A stretch of DNA of 59,554 nucleotides, the filler included, from Sphacelaria rigidula (taxonomy: Eukaryota): the NCBI GenBank assembly GCA_964200075.2. It is 10 parts of 10 records of this genome, joined end to end, with 100 filler letters (N's around TTAATTAATTAA, not from the genome) between each part and the next. Parts side by side here need not be neighbours in the genome. Positions count along the whole stretch, not along the records: positions 23,865 to 29,729 come from CAXNAA020023872.1; positions 29,830 to 35,694 come from CAXNAA020023873.1; positions 35,795 to 41,659 come from CAXNAA020023874.1; 7 more parts are not named here. The stretch is one strand, 5' to 3'. Under the pieces are notes generated by a model that was not told where the DNA came from, searched no databases, and saw only the letters and a list, made by a program, of their open reading frames with translations. The stretch's first letter is position 1. Each line of letters opens with the position of its first letter. This document shows positions 25,901-38,555 of the stretch, one piece after another. The position numbers and the translations under genes were made by a program.

Positions 25901-26565
25901 CGCCCGTGCAAGCAATGAAAGCGGTGGGCAGTTTTGTGCAGGATTATTAGTGTACCGTAGACAATAACATAAATCTATAGTAGACAGTGCAACATAAGTC
26001 GACAGTGAACATAGTAGTGGTTAGTTGCTGGCTGGGGGTTTGGTACCACTTTTTCAAGGGAAAGTGCTACTGTAGACAGTATAACGTAAGTCTATAGAGG
26101 ACAACGTAGTTATCAGTCGCTGGCTGGGGGTTTGGTACTTTTTCAAGTGAAAGTAATGAGGGGGAAAATGTTTCCGACGCAGTGACAGCCCTGACCGTTT
26201 TTTGTGAATTACTGTTCAGCCCTTTCTTGTGACGACTTGGAGTGATGGAACAGTTACGCACTGACCATACGTGGGCGTGTGAAGACAGGAAAAAGCAGAC
26301 CAGAAAACCGGGCAGCTTGCGGTCAAAGGGTCTCGGATTGCCATCAACTTACAAAAATAGAACGGATGAAGAAGTTTTTCCGATGCTGTGACAACCCCGG
26401 CCGTTTTTGTGAAGTACTGTTGCACCCTTTTTTGTGACAACTTGCAGAGCCCGTTTTTTTGTGGCAGTGATGGAAGGTTGGGGAAGTGTAAACTACTGTT
26501 CCGAGAAGGATCACACGCTTACTTGATTCCAGTATCGAGCGGCGCATCATTTAGGCTAAGAGTAT

Positions 26566-26605
26566 ATAGGATAGGATAGGATAGGATAGGATAGGATAGG
26601 ATAGG
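26566..26605. repeat. (ATAGG)8 microsatellite
   Basis: Read directly. Confidence 0.95.
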
Positions 26606-27693
26606 ATAATAATATATAGGACTAGTGGTAAGACATTTAGCGTAATAATACATTGGATAGGATAGGATTATCACAACGGTAATGACGACAATAGTAGAAA
26701 AGACAAAAAAAATAAGATATAGCTACAGGAAACAAGCCCGCGCGGTGAGAAGGAAAATGTCGGTGGGAGCTATTCGGGAATCACACTATTTGGGCATGAA
26801 CTGTCGCCCACGGGCACTGCAGGGGTGAGACACAAACGCCTCTACGGTACTACCGAACTTGACAAAAAAAAAAGGGAAAAAGACGAGGAACCCGAAATGT
26901 GTGTAAGCATCTTATCATCCCATCTATTCTGGGCGCCAGCCTACGCCTTTCGGTGTATGTGGGTGCATCAGCTGGGGTCACACAGGAGGAAGGTCATACC
27001 ACTTTGTTTTTTTTTGTCCTTCACCTCGTCGTCCTTCTGGCTTCGTAGGGGATGCGAGGTCCAATGGTCATATGAGCGCGACATGCAAGATCATGAGTAC
27101 ATCGTCCTTGTGCGGTGCTTTTCTTATTTTTTGTCGCGACAAGAGTTCAGTCACCCGTTTCTCTCGTCCACCGTAGAGGCGAAAGCCGGAGCAGAAAATG
27201 TGTACGAACACCTTTATTATAATTGAAGCACATCGCTAAGGTCGTAAAAGAAGGAAATGAGTAAAATATCGAGGGACAAGAGTAGGAGTATTTCACTTTT
27301 GTCTCACCCCCGCCCCGAGATGTGGAACCAAGTGGCGTATATTTCTCGCCTCGGGCGGGGCTCCCTCACCTGCCGTGGGGGGGGGGGGGGGGGCGTTAAC
27401 GCGACTCCGCCTATGCCGTCCAGATTTCCGCTCTCGACTAAAATCTGCAACTGGTTGGAATTTGTCACGTCCAGTTAACGGGTCCTTCGAAGCAGTCCAT
27501 ATCTATGTTTTTGATCGGTATTTTTTCGTCTGGGATGGAGGTTGGTATGTGCAGCGAACTGAATACCTCTCTCACCGATTCTCCCCTTTTTTCTTTTCTT
27601 TTTGTCGGAAGTGTGTATTCTGTATCCTGTCGCTGCCTCTGTTGGTGTCGTTGCTAGTGGTAGTGGCGGTCGTGGTATTGCCACCTCTGCTAC

Positions 27694-27694
<1 letters not shown>

Positions 27695-27725
<31 letters not shown>
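27695..27725. repeat. (CTG)n microsatellite
   Basis: About 10 units, read directly. Confidence 0.9.
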
Positions 27726-27940
27726 AAGGTGGTTGTCTGATTTGAGGCGGGGGCGATACGGCACAATTTATAGTGTACATACGTGAGTTCACGTAGAGGC
27801 TTTAGTGTCCGGCCTGTTTCTGGGTTGTTCGTACGTCGGCAATAAACAACGCGTGTGCACCCTTGCTCCTTGTGCTGTGCAGTGCTTTTGTGCGTATCAT
27901 GATCCATTGTGTGTGTTTGTGTGGTGCGTTTGCCCGACAG

Positions 27941-28009
27941 GCTCTTCCGGATACACAGAAGAGGCCGGAGCTGCCGCCGGATTTCTACAAGGAGAGCCTG
28001 TTGGACAAG
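27941..28009 (+). CDS. Isolated 69-bp internal exon of an unknown protein
   Basis: Acceptor cccgacag|GCT and donor AAG|gtacca; ALPDTQKRPELPPDFYKESLLDK with GC3-rich codons. Confidence 0.55.
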
Positions 28010-29889
28010 GTACCATTCGCTTTGTTGGGTATTTCTCGTTCACTTCAAAATTGTCGTCGGCGCCTTCCCTTTGTTGTTTCAGGAGAAAATGGCCATTTTG
28101 GAGCAGTCATTACGTGCTCCCTTTTTTATGTTCTTCCGTGGAAAATGACCAACCTGCGAGAGAGTGATCCCCCCCCCCCCCCCCCCCCCCCCCCCCATTG
28201 ATTTTATTGAAAGCGGGGGGTTGTTCCAGAGAAACGCATGTGGTTTGTCTTCCCGTCTCTCGGTGTCGAATGTATACATGAGTTTTGGCAATATTGAGGT
28301 TCATGGCGATTTCCCGTACAATATATCGCTTTTACCTCTCTTTTTTCCCCATCATATTATGACCCCCTACAGTGCCCACGGTGGTCTGTTCCGAGAATAC
28401 GACTGACAGTCCCGCAGGCATTTGGAGTGTGGAGACTTTATTCCTTCATGACCCTTTGATGATGGCCCTCGAGCGCTAGGTCAGATAGAAATGCAAAAAC
28501 TTTGTTTTTCATGAGTGTGGGGAAGTGTAGCAGTCTGTACCCGTGAATGAGCAGGCAGGTTTGAGTTTTGCGGCCTCGTTTGTCTGGTTCGAAGGTTGCC
28601 ACAGCGGCACGTCCGTACAGGCCATGGCTTGTAACTCTTCGTATATGCCAATCCCGCATGCGATGGCGACACGATTACCGGTCATGGTGGTCTCCACCCA
28701 CCCCATATACTCATACACGATTCTGCACTGTACCCCGTACTGCTGTCACTGTGACACGGATACCAAAAATGTGAGTGGCATCGGCCCGGCTGGCCCAGAC
28801 CCCTCTTGTCTCTATGTAGGTGTCGTGTGATTGGTCAGAGCATTTTCAGAACATTTTCATCCCCTGGATAATGACAATAGATTACATTATGACAATAGAT
28901 TACATTGTCATCGTCCATAAAGTGTACTGTGTACAATATCGACTATTGCGTATATTGCAATCGACAGTAGATTCCATGCTATGCGCAGTACACGTTTTGA
29001 CGATGTGATCTCTTGTGGAGGATGTGGAACAATTATCCGCACCCCCCCCCCAAGCAGCCGGCGAACGAAAGGCCACCACTTGCACAACTGGATGCTAGAC
29101 GCGTTACCCCCTCGCCCCCCCCCCTTCCCGTCTCTCCCCTGATTGGGCGCCCGTACAAAGTAGTCGCGAGGGATCAACTCATCTCTCCCCCGTTATCTCG
29201 CTTGGTGACTGATCGCGAGCCTGGTCCGGCGAAAGCCTGGCGTGCTCCATCCCGGCTTTGAAGGGATGCGAGGTCAACAGTCTTTTGACTACGGCATGCA
29301 AGATCATGAGTACTACCCTCCCCCCCCCGCGCCCGTTTTTTCACTTGCAATAAATATATAATGTCGAGTATAGTGTTGCCGCGTCACGGTGGTGTTGTGT
29401 TGTCGGTACGTCTCGGAAGCGGTAAAGGGCGGACTTGATTGAGGGTTTCGGACGACCGGGAGATGAACATTTGTTTCCGAAAATATTCAATTTGCGTCGT
29501 CTGAGAACGTGGTTTTGTGAGAAGCAGAACAAAATTCGACAAGAGTCGACGTGGTGCGCCGTGCGTGAGTGCTGATCCGACATACCGCGATATCAAATAT
29601 TGTCGGATGTGTACTGAGAAAGTGACGGGTTGTGATCCTTGCAGACTACGGACTTGTCCCGAGAGGGGGGGGGGGTACTCATTTGTTGCTTGCCTTAGTC
29701 GTTTGACCATTGACCACGCATCGCTTTCGNNNNNNNNNNNNNNNNNNNNNNNNNNNNNNNNNNNNNNNNNNNNTTAATTAATTAANNNNNNNNNNNNNNN
29801 NNNNNNNNNNNNNNNNNNNNNNNNNNNNNGGGGGTGGGGGGGGGGGAGGGGAGGGGGGGGGGGGGGCGGCTCGTGTCGGTGTGTGTGGC

Positions 29890-30480
29890 GGCGGGTGTAC
29901 TCATAATCATGCATGCCATAGTCATAACACCATTAACCTCGCATCCCTACAAAGCCGGGACGGAGCACGGAAGGGGGGGTACTCATATTCATGATCTGGC
30001 ATGCCGTAGCCATACGACCATTGACCTCACAACCCTACAAAGCAGGGACGGAGCGCGCCGGGTTTTCGCCGGACCAGGTTTGCAATCAATCACCAAGCAC
30101 AAAGCTCCGTGATGTGTTCGGCGAGTCGCATGGAGGGTGAGCTGCATCCTGCTCAGATTGTTCGGCCCGAAGCCTACTGATTATCTTGCATTTGAATGAC
30201 AGCCTTCAATGAGTTAGCTTTATTTTCTGGTGTCGCCACTTCCAGAGACAGCCACGGATTATGCACTGCCTCATGGGTATCTCGCCATTGAAACACTACA
30301 TAGTCTGATGACCCCTTTGCGCGAATCGAGGTTCTCTCACCCCGCAAAATATGATCAAGCTCAACCACCATCATGCTTACAGCAAAAAAAAAAACGCAAG
30401 CGCACAAAAAAAAAACGGTAACCTGATTGCCTAGCTTACGCAGTGAGTGACGTTTTACAGGGTCATTGCTAACCGACCCC
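29890..30480 (+). repeat. Dispersed repeat beginning poly-G-TACTC (~500 bp)
   Basis: Colinear with 33045-33550. Partial copies at 1-200 and 29170-29320 (reverse). Related heads near 2505, 5443, 27090, 29670, 31920, 40838 and 52165. Confidence 0.8.
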
Positions 30481-30725
30481 CATGCCATAAAGGGGGGGGG
30501 GGGCGAGTGTGTGAGCGGAGCTGTATAATTATTGAAAAAGAACTCTGAATGCGGGTCGTTCAAAATGATGACAAGCATTGTGCCTGAAAGAGAGGATTCT
30601 CGATGACTGACTGTATGGTGCTTGCGGTACTGTGGCCATGTCTAGCCAAATTATCAAGCACCCCCTCCATCGGAATCAAGCTCATGCGTCTGTGGACGGT
30701 TAAGGCTACTTCTTCTCTTCATCAC

Positions 30726-30856
30726 CTTCCCCAAAATCTCTTCGCCGGCAGCTCAAGCAGCTCCTTGTCTCGGAACTCGCGCACGAGTGCATGGCGTAGA
30801 GCGACGAAATCGTTGAATCTTTTGTCGACTGTCCAACTTAGCCCGCGGAAGGACAC
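30726..30856 (-). CDS. PX (phox homology) domain exon, possibly a pseudogene fragment
   Basis: VSFRGLSWTVDKRFNDFVALRHALVREFRDKELLELPAKRFWGR matches the PX pattern W.V.(R/K)R(Y/F).(D/E)F..L...L...LP.K. Donor AG|gtgatg; the acceptor (ttcaag) is weak. Confidence 0.65.
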
Positions 30857-33044
30857 CTTGAAGTTGTGCAGCAGCGGAGGGAACAACCACGTGGCGGATT
30901 CAGCTACCGCACAGAACAAGTTGTGAACTGGCTGCCAGCTTAACTTGACTGACCAGGTCCAGTTAACTGGTACAACTGGTTACCCGATCGGTTTTGTAAC
31001 CATTTCAACCGACAAATGCGCCATACTCCAAAGCGTTCTGTGTACATGTCATACTCAAATCAATATTACTGATGTATTTTCTTACAACAATGACCGTGGG
31101 GATGCTGTTACAGAATGCTTGGACTTTTTCAAATGGCTTTTTATTAATAACGAGAAACATTTGTGTAAATAATTTTGAAGCAAAAACTATAAAACCAAGA
31201 ATATGACATATCAAGTGTTTGATTGTCTTCTTTTCTGAAATATGAAAAAAAAACTCTTGTTCAATTATTGTAAAAATTATTTCTAGAGGGATATCTGTTA
31301 AACAACCTTGCAGTGGCGAGCACATGACCACACAGCGCACACACCTAGACGTAGACACGAACATCAGAAACAATGTATTCTAATATGAGCAGCAGCAGCA
31401 GCAACTGCTGCGATGAAGGAAGCGATGATGACATGTCAGAGATCGAAGGGCTCACAACACGAGACAGCGGTGCTGTACCCGTCGATCTCAGCAATACAAC
31501 GTCCGCAGAGAGCACTAGAGACGAAGAGCGTGAGCACACATATTCCGTGTAGAGGGAAGGGTACTTGAAGAAGTTCCTGACGCTTGGGTGGTACACGAGG
31601 AGATCTGCTGCACTACTGTTTCACCGCTTCGGATTTATTTATTCAAGCCGCAAAGTTCAGTGATATATATATATTCCCCAAACATACATATATTTTGTGC
31701 ACCCATTACGTTCTCGAATTGCTGGCGCTAAGCGGCTAGAATTTACCGCGATTATGAAGAGATGTGAAGCCAAATGGCGTAGTTCTTTTCGCCTCCGGCG
31801 GCGTCTCCGGCGAGGCCCCCTCACCAGCTGGAGGGGGGGGGGGGGGGGCGACCCCCTTTTTTCTTGCCTTTTGTTTTTGCCAGTTTAGCCCGCAACCCTT
31901 TATGTCGGTCGGGGGGGGGGGGGCGTACTCATTTGTTGCTTGCCTTAGTCATTTAACCATTGACCACGCATCCCTTTCGAGACGCTGGAGGGGGGGGGGA
32001 GCGTTACGCGACTCTGTCGCGTTGCCTTGCCAGGCAACGCTGGCGGAGTCGCGGGGCGACTTCGCGCCAGTTATCCAGTTATACCTGATAAATGTAACTG
32101 GTTGTAATTTCCTGCCACCAGTTTACCGGTTTGCCAGAACAGTTCACCAACACTACAGTTAATACGTTGCCTTAGAAGACAACAGAGTCGGGACGACAAC
32201 CCGAGCTCCGACAGCAAAAATTATTTCATCCCGACGTGGGGGTTTCCATATTCGCTCAACAACTAGGCGCATCCTAATAAAAACACCTCAAAAATATTTT
32301 GTTGTTTGGACAGTTCAACCCACCAGTAGACGATAGGACGAGATGTTGACCTACAGTCAGTCGGTGGTTCGACAGAAGGAGGCAAGATTTGCCTCAGATC
32401 GGCAAAATCAAGCGATTGGTTGATTGATTGATTGATCGATCGTCGCAGTCTGAGTAATCCCCGAGGGATCCAGCAGTGGTCACATATGGAGGATGACACA
32501 TACTATGTTCTTAACGGACCGTGAAGGTAACCTCAACCCTGATTCCAGCGCAAGGTAGATCGAGAACCCTTGGGCGAGGGGAGTCTATTGAAGCGAACTA
32601 TGGATACCACCACATGAAAGGGTAAAATCCTCAATGAGGTGTCTCGTCAAAGTAAACAACCTCTTCACATTGGCGACCATGAGACAACTCGTACGCTTCT
32701 TGAACAAGAAGTTGTGGGTTTGAATCAAAGCTCCCACGAACGCGACGGCATAAAGAAATCCCCCCAAATTCAAGCGGGCATCAGAGAGTCGTAAAATTGG
32801 TGGAGAGCGGGGGGCGGAAACTGGTGGGTGACCAGGAGCAGACTTGACAAACTCGGGAAAGCCTTCCGCGAAGCTTGTTCGCTTGACGACTCAACACAAG
32901 CGAAAGACGTGTGTAAAAAAAAAAATGCACACATACCTTCACCGCTAGTCGGCGTCGGCGAAACAAATTACATATTCAACCCTCGTCTCGTTAAATGAAG
33001 TACAAAGAGTATCACGAAATGGGAGAGGGAAGGAGGGGGGGAGG

Positions 33045-33550
33045 GAGGGGTACTCATATCCGGCATGCCATTGTCATCTGACCATTGACATCGCACCCCT
33101 ACAATGCCGGGACGGAGCACGCCGCGTTTTCGCCGGACCAGGCTCGCAGTCAATCCCCAAGCGCGAAGCGCCGTGATGTGTGCGGTGAGTCGCACGAAGG
33201 GTGAGCTGTATCCTGCTAACATTGTTCGGCCCGAGGTGTGCTCATTATCTTGCATTTGTATGGCAGGCTCCGACGAGTTTGCTTCATTTTTTGGTATCGC
33301 CACTTCCAGGAACAGCCACGGATTCTACACCGCCTCATGGGTGTCTCGCCATTTAAACGCTACGTAGTCTGATTATCACATTCACCTGGAATCGAGAATT
33401 TTCCACCCCGTGCCAAATACTTTGGCTCGACGACTACCATCACGGTTACTGCAAAAAAAAAACGCAAGCGCACAAAAAACGGTAACCTGGTTACCTAGCT
33501 TACGCAGTGAGTGGCGTACTTTACAGCGTCGTTGCCAACCTACGCCAACC
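33045..33550 (+). repeat. Second long copy of the poly-G-TACTC repeat
   Basis: Colinear with 29890-30480 (e.g. GCCGGGACGGAGC..TTTTCGCCGGACCAGG..AAAACGCAAGCGCACAAAAAA). Confidence 0.8.
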
Positions 33551-35263
33551 CTTTGGGGGAGGGGAGGGGGGGCGGTGATGTGGATAGCATTACATGAAAG
33601 GGAGATATTATTTCAAGTGTGTGCGGGGGATACCACCTCCTCATTAAATATTCGGCGTCACCGTTGCCCCAGATGTACCCTGGATGTATCGGGATCGTCA
33701 GCCGGCGGAGCTGTTCCGAGACGAGGCGTGCAGTCTATTGGTGGATCGTCCGTTGAATCGCCATTATTTTTCACTTGAAAAATGACTTGGATAAAAGACC
33801 CGGATGACCTACCCTGACGGTTAAACAAGTGAAAGAAAAAGGGGAAAACAAGAACACAAGTGAACAAAGGCCTCTCTTATCGTAGTTCATGCCTTCCGCT
33901 GTACAACGGTGCTCCGTCTCGAAAGGAATGCGTGGTGAATGGTCGAACGGCCAAGGCAAGCAAAGGACAAGTACGCCCCCCCCCTCCCCCCCCTCGTACA
34001 ACTTCGGCAATTAGGCTCCATCAACGAAATTTCGGAAACAGACATCTGCCTTCATCTCCCCAGAATTAAGGAGAATGAGAGACTCTCGGCGACAAAACTA
34101 CTCACATAATGAATTCGGCCCAACTTCAGAATTTCAGTGCCCAACTCCAAAACGCCGATTCACGAATCCTCTACACACATCCAGAAGGGTTTGCGAATCC
34201 CACACGTACTAAAACATTCAGCATCCGAAATGTTGCCCCCATTATTTGTTGGGCCGTATCTTGCCGAGACAGGTGACATCAATCTCTAAGCGGAATCAGT
34301 CTCATTGGCCTCCCTCAAGCCACGTCCTACCCTCAGCATAAATCTTAAGGCCTCGTCCATCACTCGGACTGGGAGCTTGTCCTGGCATCTAATCAGCACC
34401 CTCTCCATCACGCTGAGTACGCTGCCCGGCGGGGGACCAATTCACCCTCCCCTACAGTATTCTCCACCAGTAGCACCCCTTTCTACTCTTCGTTGTCACT
34501 TCAAAATTAGTGCGTCCATCATTAGCGCCGCACTCACTTCACATACTTGGTGTATACTGGCTATCCGCGCCATGCTGTTGCATAGCGGTGCTGACTGCAT
34601 TCTTCTGTCGTTGCTGCACCACACACTGTGCGTGCTCTCTGTGCTGTGTCGTGTGCAGTCGTACTTCCATGTATGTATGTATTGCTGTCTGGACATGTAG
34701 TTGCCAGCGTGCTTGGTAAGAAGGCTTTCTCGAGGAACGCCTTTTCGCACGAAGCCTGGTATGTCCGAAAGCAGCCTACAGTTCTCCTCTCGACGACGTG
34801 GGCGGAAACCGCTGCGGAGAGAACTTCTGATCTCGGAGAGCTGTCTCCCTTCAAAAGACCAATAAGGAACGGTTTCACAGAAAATGTGGAACAGAAAAAA
34901 AAAACGAATCTTCTCCAGAGGGTTCTTTCCTCGGGTCACGAGGGGCCTCAACATCCGACAGAATTTCAGAATAATGATTTTTCGTTATCCACAATGCGAT
35001 CGCCTCTTATGGCCGGTATTCTGTACCTGATGAAGTGACGTCTGGATCACTCGTTTGATTCGGATAAAGTTGGATTTTCCGAGGTCTCTTGAACCCATCT
35101 CCACGTGATTCTGGCGATGTGATCGTGAAATGTCATGCCGTGTCTCCGGAGTTTAACCGTTTCACCGCCAGGGGAGGCCATCTGTCAAACCGGCATTGTG
35201 TACTTTTCAAGTGATGATTACAGTATGTCAATTCAACGGATCGCTTGCCCAAGCAGTCAAACG

Positions 35264-35266
<3 letters not shown>

Positions 35267-35314
<48 letters not shown>
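35267..35314. repeat. (CA)n microsatellite
   Basis: Read directly. Confidence 0.95.
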
Positions 35315-35315
<1 letters not shown>

Positions 35316-36746
35316 AGGGAAGTTTGATGGTTCCCAAGGGGGCAGAACATCTTTCAGGCCAGACGCCACGTGCCCAAAAAAACTTATAATAAATTATGGC
35401 GGAGGGGGGGAGAAGTCATTTCCAAATAAGCGATGTGGACATGATTGACCGACCTCCTGTCTTGCAGCAGTGTTCACCACTTGGTCGATTAGAACCTTCT
35501 CGGAATTTCATTACTTGAGTCGACTGTCAACACCGATTTTCGGATCTTTGTAGGGGCTGACAGCCCCAACTGCTCCTCGTGTGCGCAAAACGCGAATATT
35601 TCGCCTCTCCCAACCAGGATATATTTATTTATTTGGGGGGGGGGGGGGGGGGGCTTGGTAGAAGTGGTGTGTTGAATGTTTTTAAGGGGGAAAANNNNNN
35701 NNNNNNNNNNNNNNNNNNNNNNNNNNNNNNNNNNNNNNTTAATTAATTAANNNNNNNNNNNNNNNNNNNNNNNNNNNNNNNNNNNNNNNNNNNNCTGCAA
35801 TGGAGGGATGGGACTTCAACCTCATATTATGTTTCAACCTCAAAAATTGGGATCGGCTGTTAGGTGCAGTAATCTCCAATGACGAGTATCGAGAATAAAC
35901 GATGATTTCGTGAGATCGAGAGTGGAAAGCGGTCACAGTGAATCGATTGTTTCAGATCCGAAATGCTCCTCCACGAGGCCCGATATGCTTTCTGTAGTAG
36001 CTCGCCCCTGACGCTCCTGATATCTCGGAGTAGAATATCTCTGTGTAAGCACACGCCAGTGATGGAGGAAAAGAAAAGCACACACAGAATGATCAAAGTC
36101 ACCCTCAATCAGCGCTATACTCTCAATCTCACGAAAACGTTGTTATAAATGAAAAACCCGTGCACGAAGGCCTTTTCGTAGTCGGAGGGTGGTGTTCGCT
36201 GTTGATATCTCGTGACCTGCATTAGCTCTCAGAACCAGCTGGAGCGCGTAGTAATGGACTAAAAGTCACAATTCGTTCTTGTACAAACAAGTGCCACGAA
36301 AGAGCTCGGTAAATGTATTGTACATTAAGGAGTTATATTCCAGGAAATGGGTCACATCACACACACGAGAACGAGTGAGTTACGGCGCATCCACGAGGAG
36401 AAGCCGCAATCCTCTTCCGAAAAGAAGGTGCCCCCGTTCGAACCTCAGCAGTTCTAGCTAACAGGTTCCTGGTTCGGGGGCCGTTCTCAGGTGGTCCGGA
36501 ACTACGCACCAAGATGCTGTACGGTACAGTACGTACTCCCATGTATCTGCAACCTGTTGGCCAGTGAAAATGATTCGACCGACATGACGCGCAGGCAAAT
36601 ATTGCAGACTTGGGCCGGTCCCCAATGACAGCATACGCGTCGCGCCTCCTAAATCCAAGCCTATCACTCAAGCTCTTGAATTTTTCGCCCGGGCAACCAA
36701 AGCAAGATGTCGGCACGCACTCTTTTTTTCCCCCATGGCTACACAG

Positions 36747-38555
36747 GTGGGAAGTCTGGAGGGAGCATCTGCGATATGGACTGCTGAAAACATTCTGAAG
36801 CACCCAGACTCTCTACTGGTTTGCCTAGACTTGTGGGGTGAAACCGCCGGCACTCTTTACGACAAGAATATGACTACTGTCGAGGTATGGTCCACGTCTC
36901 TGATGACGTGCGTTGCGTAAGGCCAAATCCATCACCCGACGTCAGCCCCGAGTTGACGAGGTCCTCGAAATTACGTGCTGTGTCACCGATAGTTGTCGGG
37001 AACTCTGACGGTGATGTGATGTTTTCTCGTGAAATACGTATGTAACTTTGTGCGCATATGCGCACAGGAGAAGTTACTCACTCTACTGACAGCACCGTGT
37101 GCCGTTCGTCGACCACAAATTCCATCCGCGATCCTGTTCACATGGGATGTATGTAGTGAGAATTTTCTCCGTGTTTCACGAAGTGGGGGCAGCAGCTAAG
37201 AAATGTAACTGTCGCGGTCGTCATGGTGTCCCCATGTCGCTGAGCTCCGATTCCTACTATCTGTGCTTACGTGCGCCTTCACTGAATCTCGATGCAGGAT
37301 CGGTTCACGTGGAACATGGCACAGGTCCCAAATGGAGAGCGCGTAAATGCCATCAAGGGGGAAAGTATAGTGAGCTTGTCGGGACTTGTGGCGGGTGGGT
37401 ACTCGTCAGCATTTGACGCCGTCTACGTCGACGCGTCGCACAATGTGAGTGTGATCGATCGATCCAAAACTTCTTGTTCCCGCCCGTGTACCTGTTCTGT
37501 TGTCCACAAAGCTGTTGTGCCCCACGCGAATCCTTCCAGCACGAGGACGTCCATGTTGCCCCAGTTGCAAAGCTGTCATCTCAGCACCAAGGGTTGGTTC
37601 AGTGCATGAACGCATACCTGGACCAGGTGACGTTGACCCCCACGAATCAAGCATGTCAACTCGAGCACGAGTCATGATATCGAAAGCATTGTCGTTGCCA
37701 AAACCTTGCGAATTTTGCAGATGAAGGATGTTCTGGGAGACGCTATTCTGGGCTACCGTTTGCTCAAGGTGGGGGGTACGATGATTTTCGACGACTACGC
37801 GTCGCATGACGGTGTGAGGAAAGCGGTTGCCGCGCTCGAAGAGGCCTTCGGGGAGGAGTTTGAGGTCATCTATCGATCTGTGAGTACAAGGATGTGAACA
37901 TACCACGTAGAGTGGGCAAGGTATTTGGTTGAATGGGAGAAGCTCATTCGCTGCTTGTTTCATTCGTTCTTCGGCACGAATAATTCCCATGAAGTATGGT
38001 CGGTGTGAAGTCAAATTAGGGGGATCTCCAACTCTCTCCCATGCAAGTGACAAAAGCTCTTTGCCCACCCACCACCACCTGTCGAGTGTGGCTCGTACTC
38101 AGCCAGGGACTTTTTCATTGTTGACCTTGGAATGACATCTCTGGATTCCAAGTATCGTGACGCTCCTGACGGTGTAGTTCTAGACATTCACTCCAGTGAG
38201 GACAGAAACTCACGGCGAACGGGGGATACGTTCCCTCACTTGTTGAATACATCTAATTTTGCCTCTTTCGAATGATTGCACTGGGATCCTGGGGGGAGAT
38301 GTACCGCCGGCTAGTTCCGTGTATTCCCCTTGTAGGCTCGTGAAACACCCACCGTGGTTGCTCATCGATACCCGTGCATGTTCTGAACCGCAGGACAACG
38401 AGGCAATGGGGAACGCCTTGGTGGCTAGGAAGGGAGCGGAACGCTGGCCTCGCGCTCGTCCCGCAAGACGTGCGAGGAGAATCTCCTGCGATGTAGATAG
38501 TACCCTCATTTTGGGCAAGCAGACAAGACTGGAAAACTTCCCCGTAGAGGCCTGA
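36747..38555 (+). CDS. Class I SAM-dependent methyltransferase (Methyltransf_24-like), 5'-incomplete; exons 36747-36884, 37298-37444, 37721-37879, 38394-38555
   Basis: All four exons have AG/GT borders and join in phase 0. Motifs VGSLEGASAIW, LVCLDLW, FDAVYVDASH, VLGDA, LLKVGGTMIFDDY and GVRKAV; stop TGA at 38553-38555. Confidence 0.88.

Noticed and set aside
36462..36523. Upstream exon of the methyltransferase gene
   Set aside because: AG and GT sites exist, but the phase-compatible frame does not give the expected residues before VGSLEG; left unresolved.
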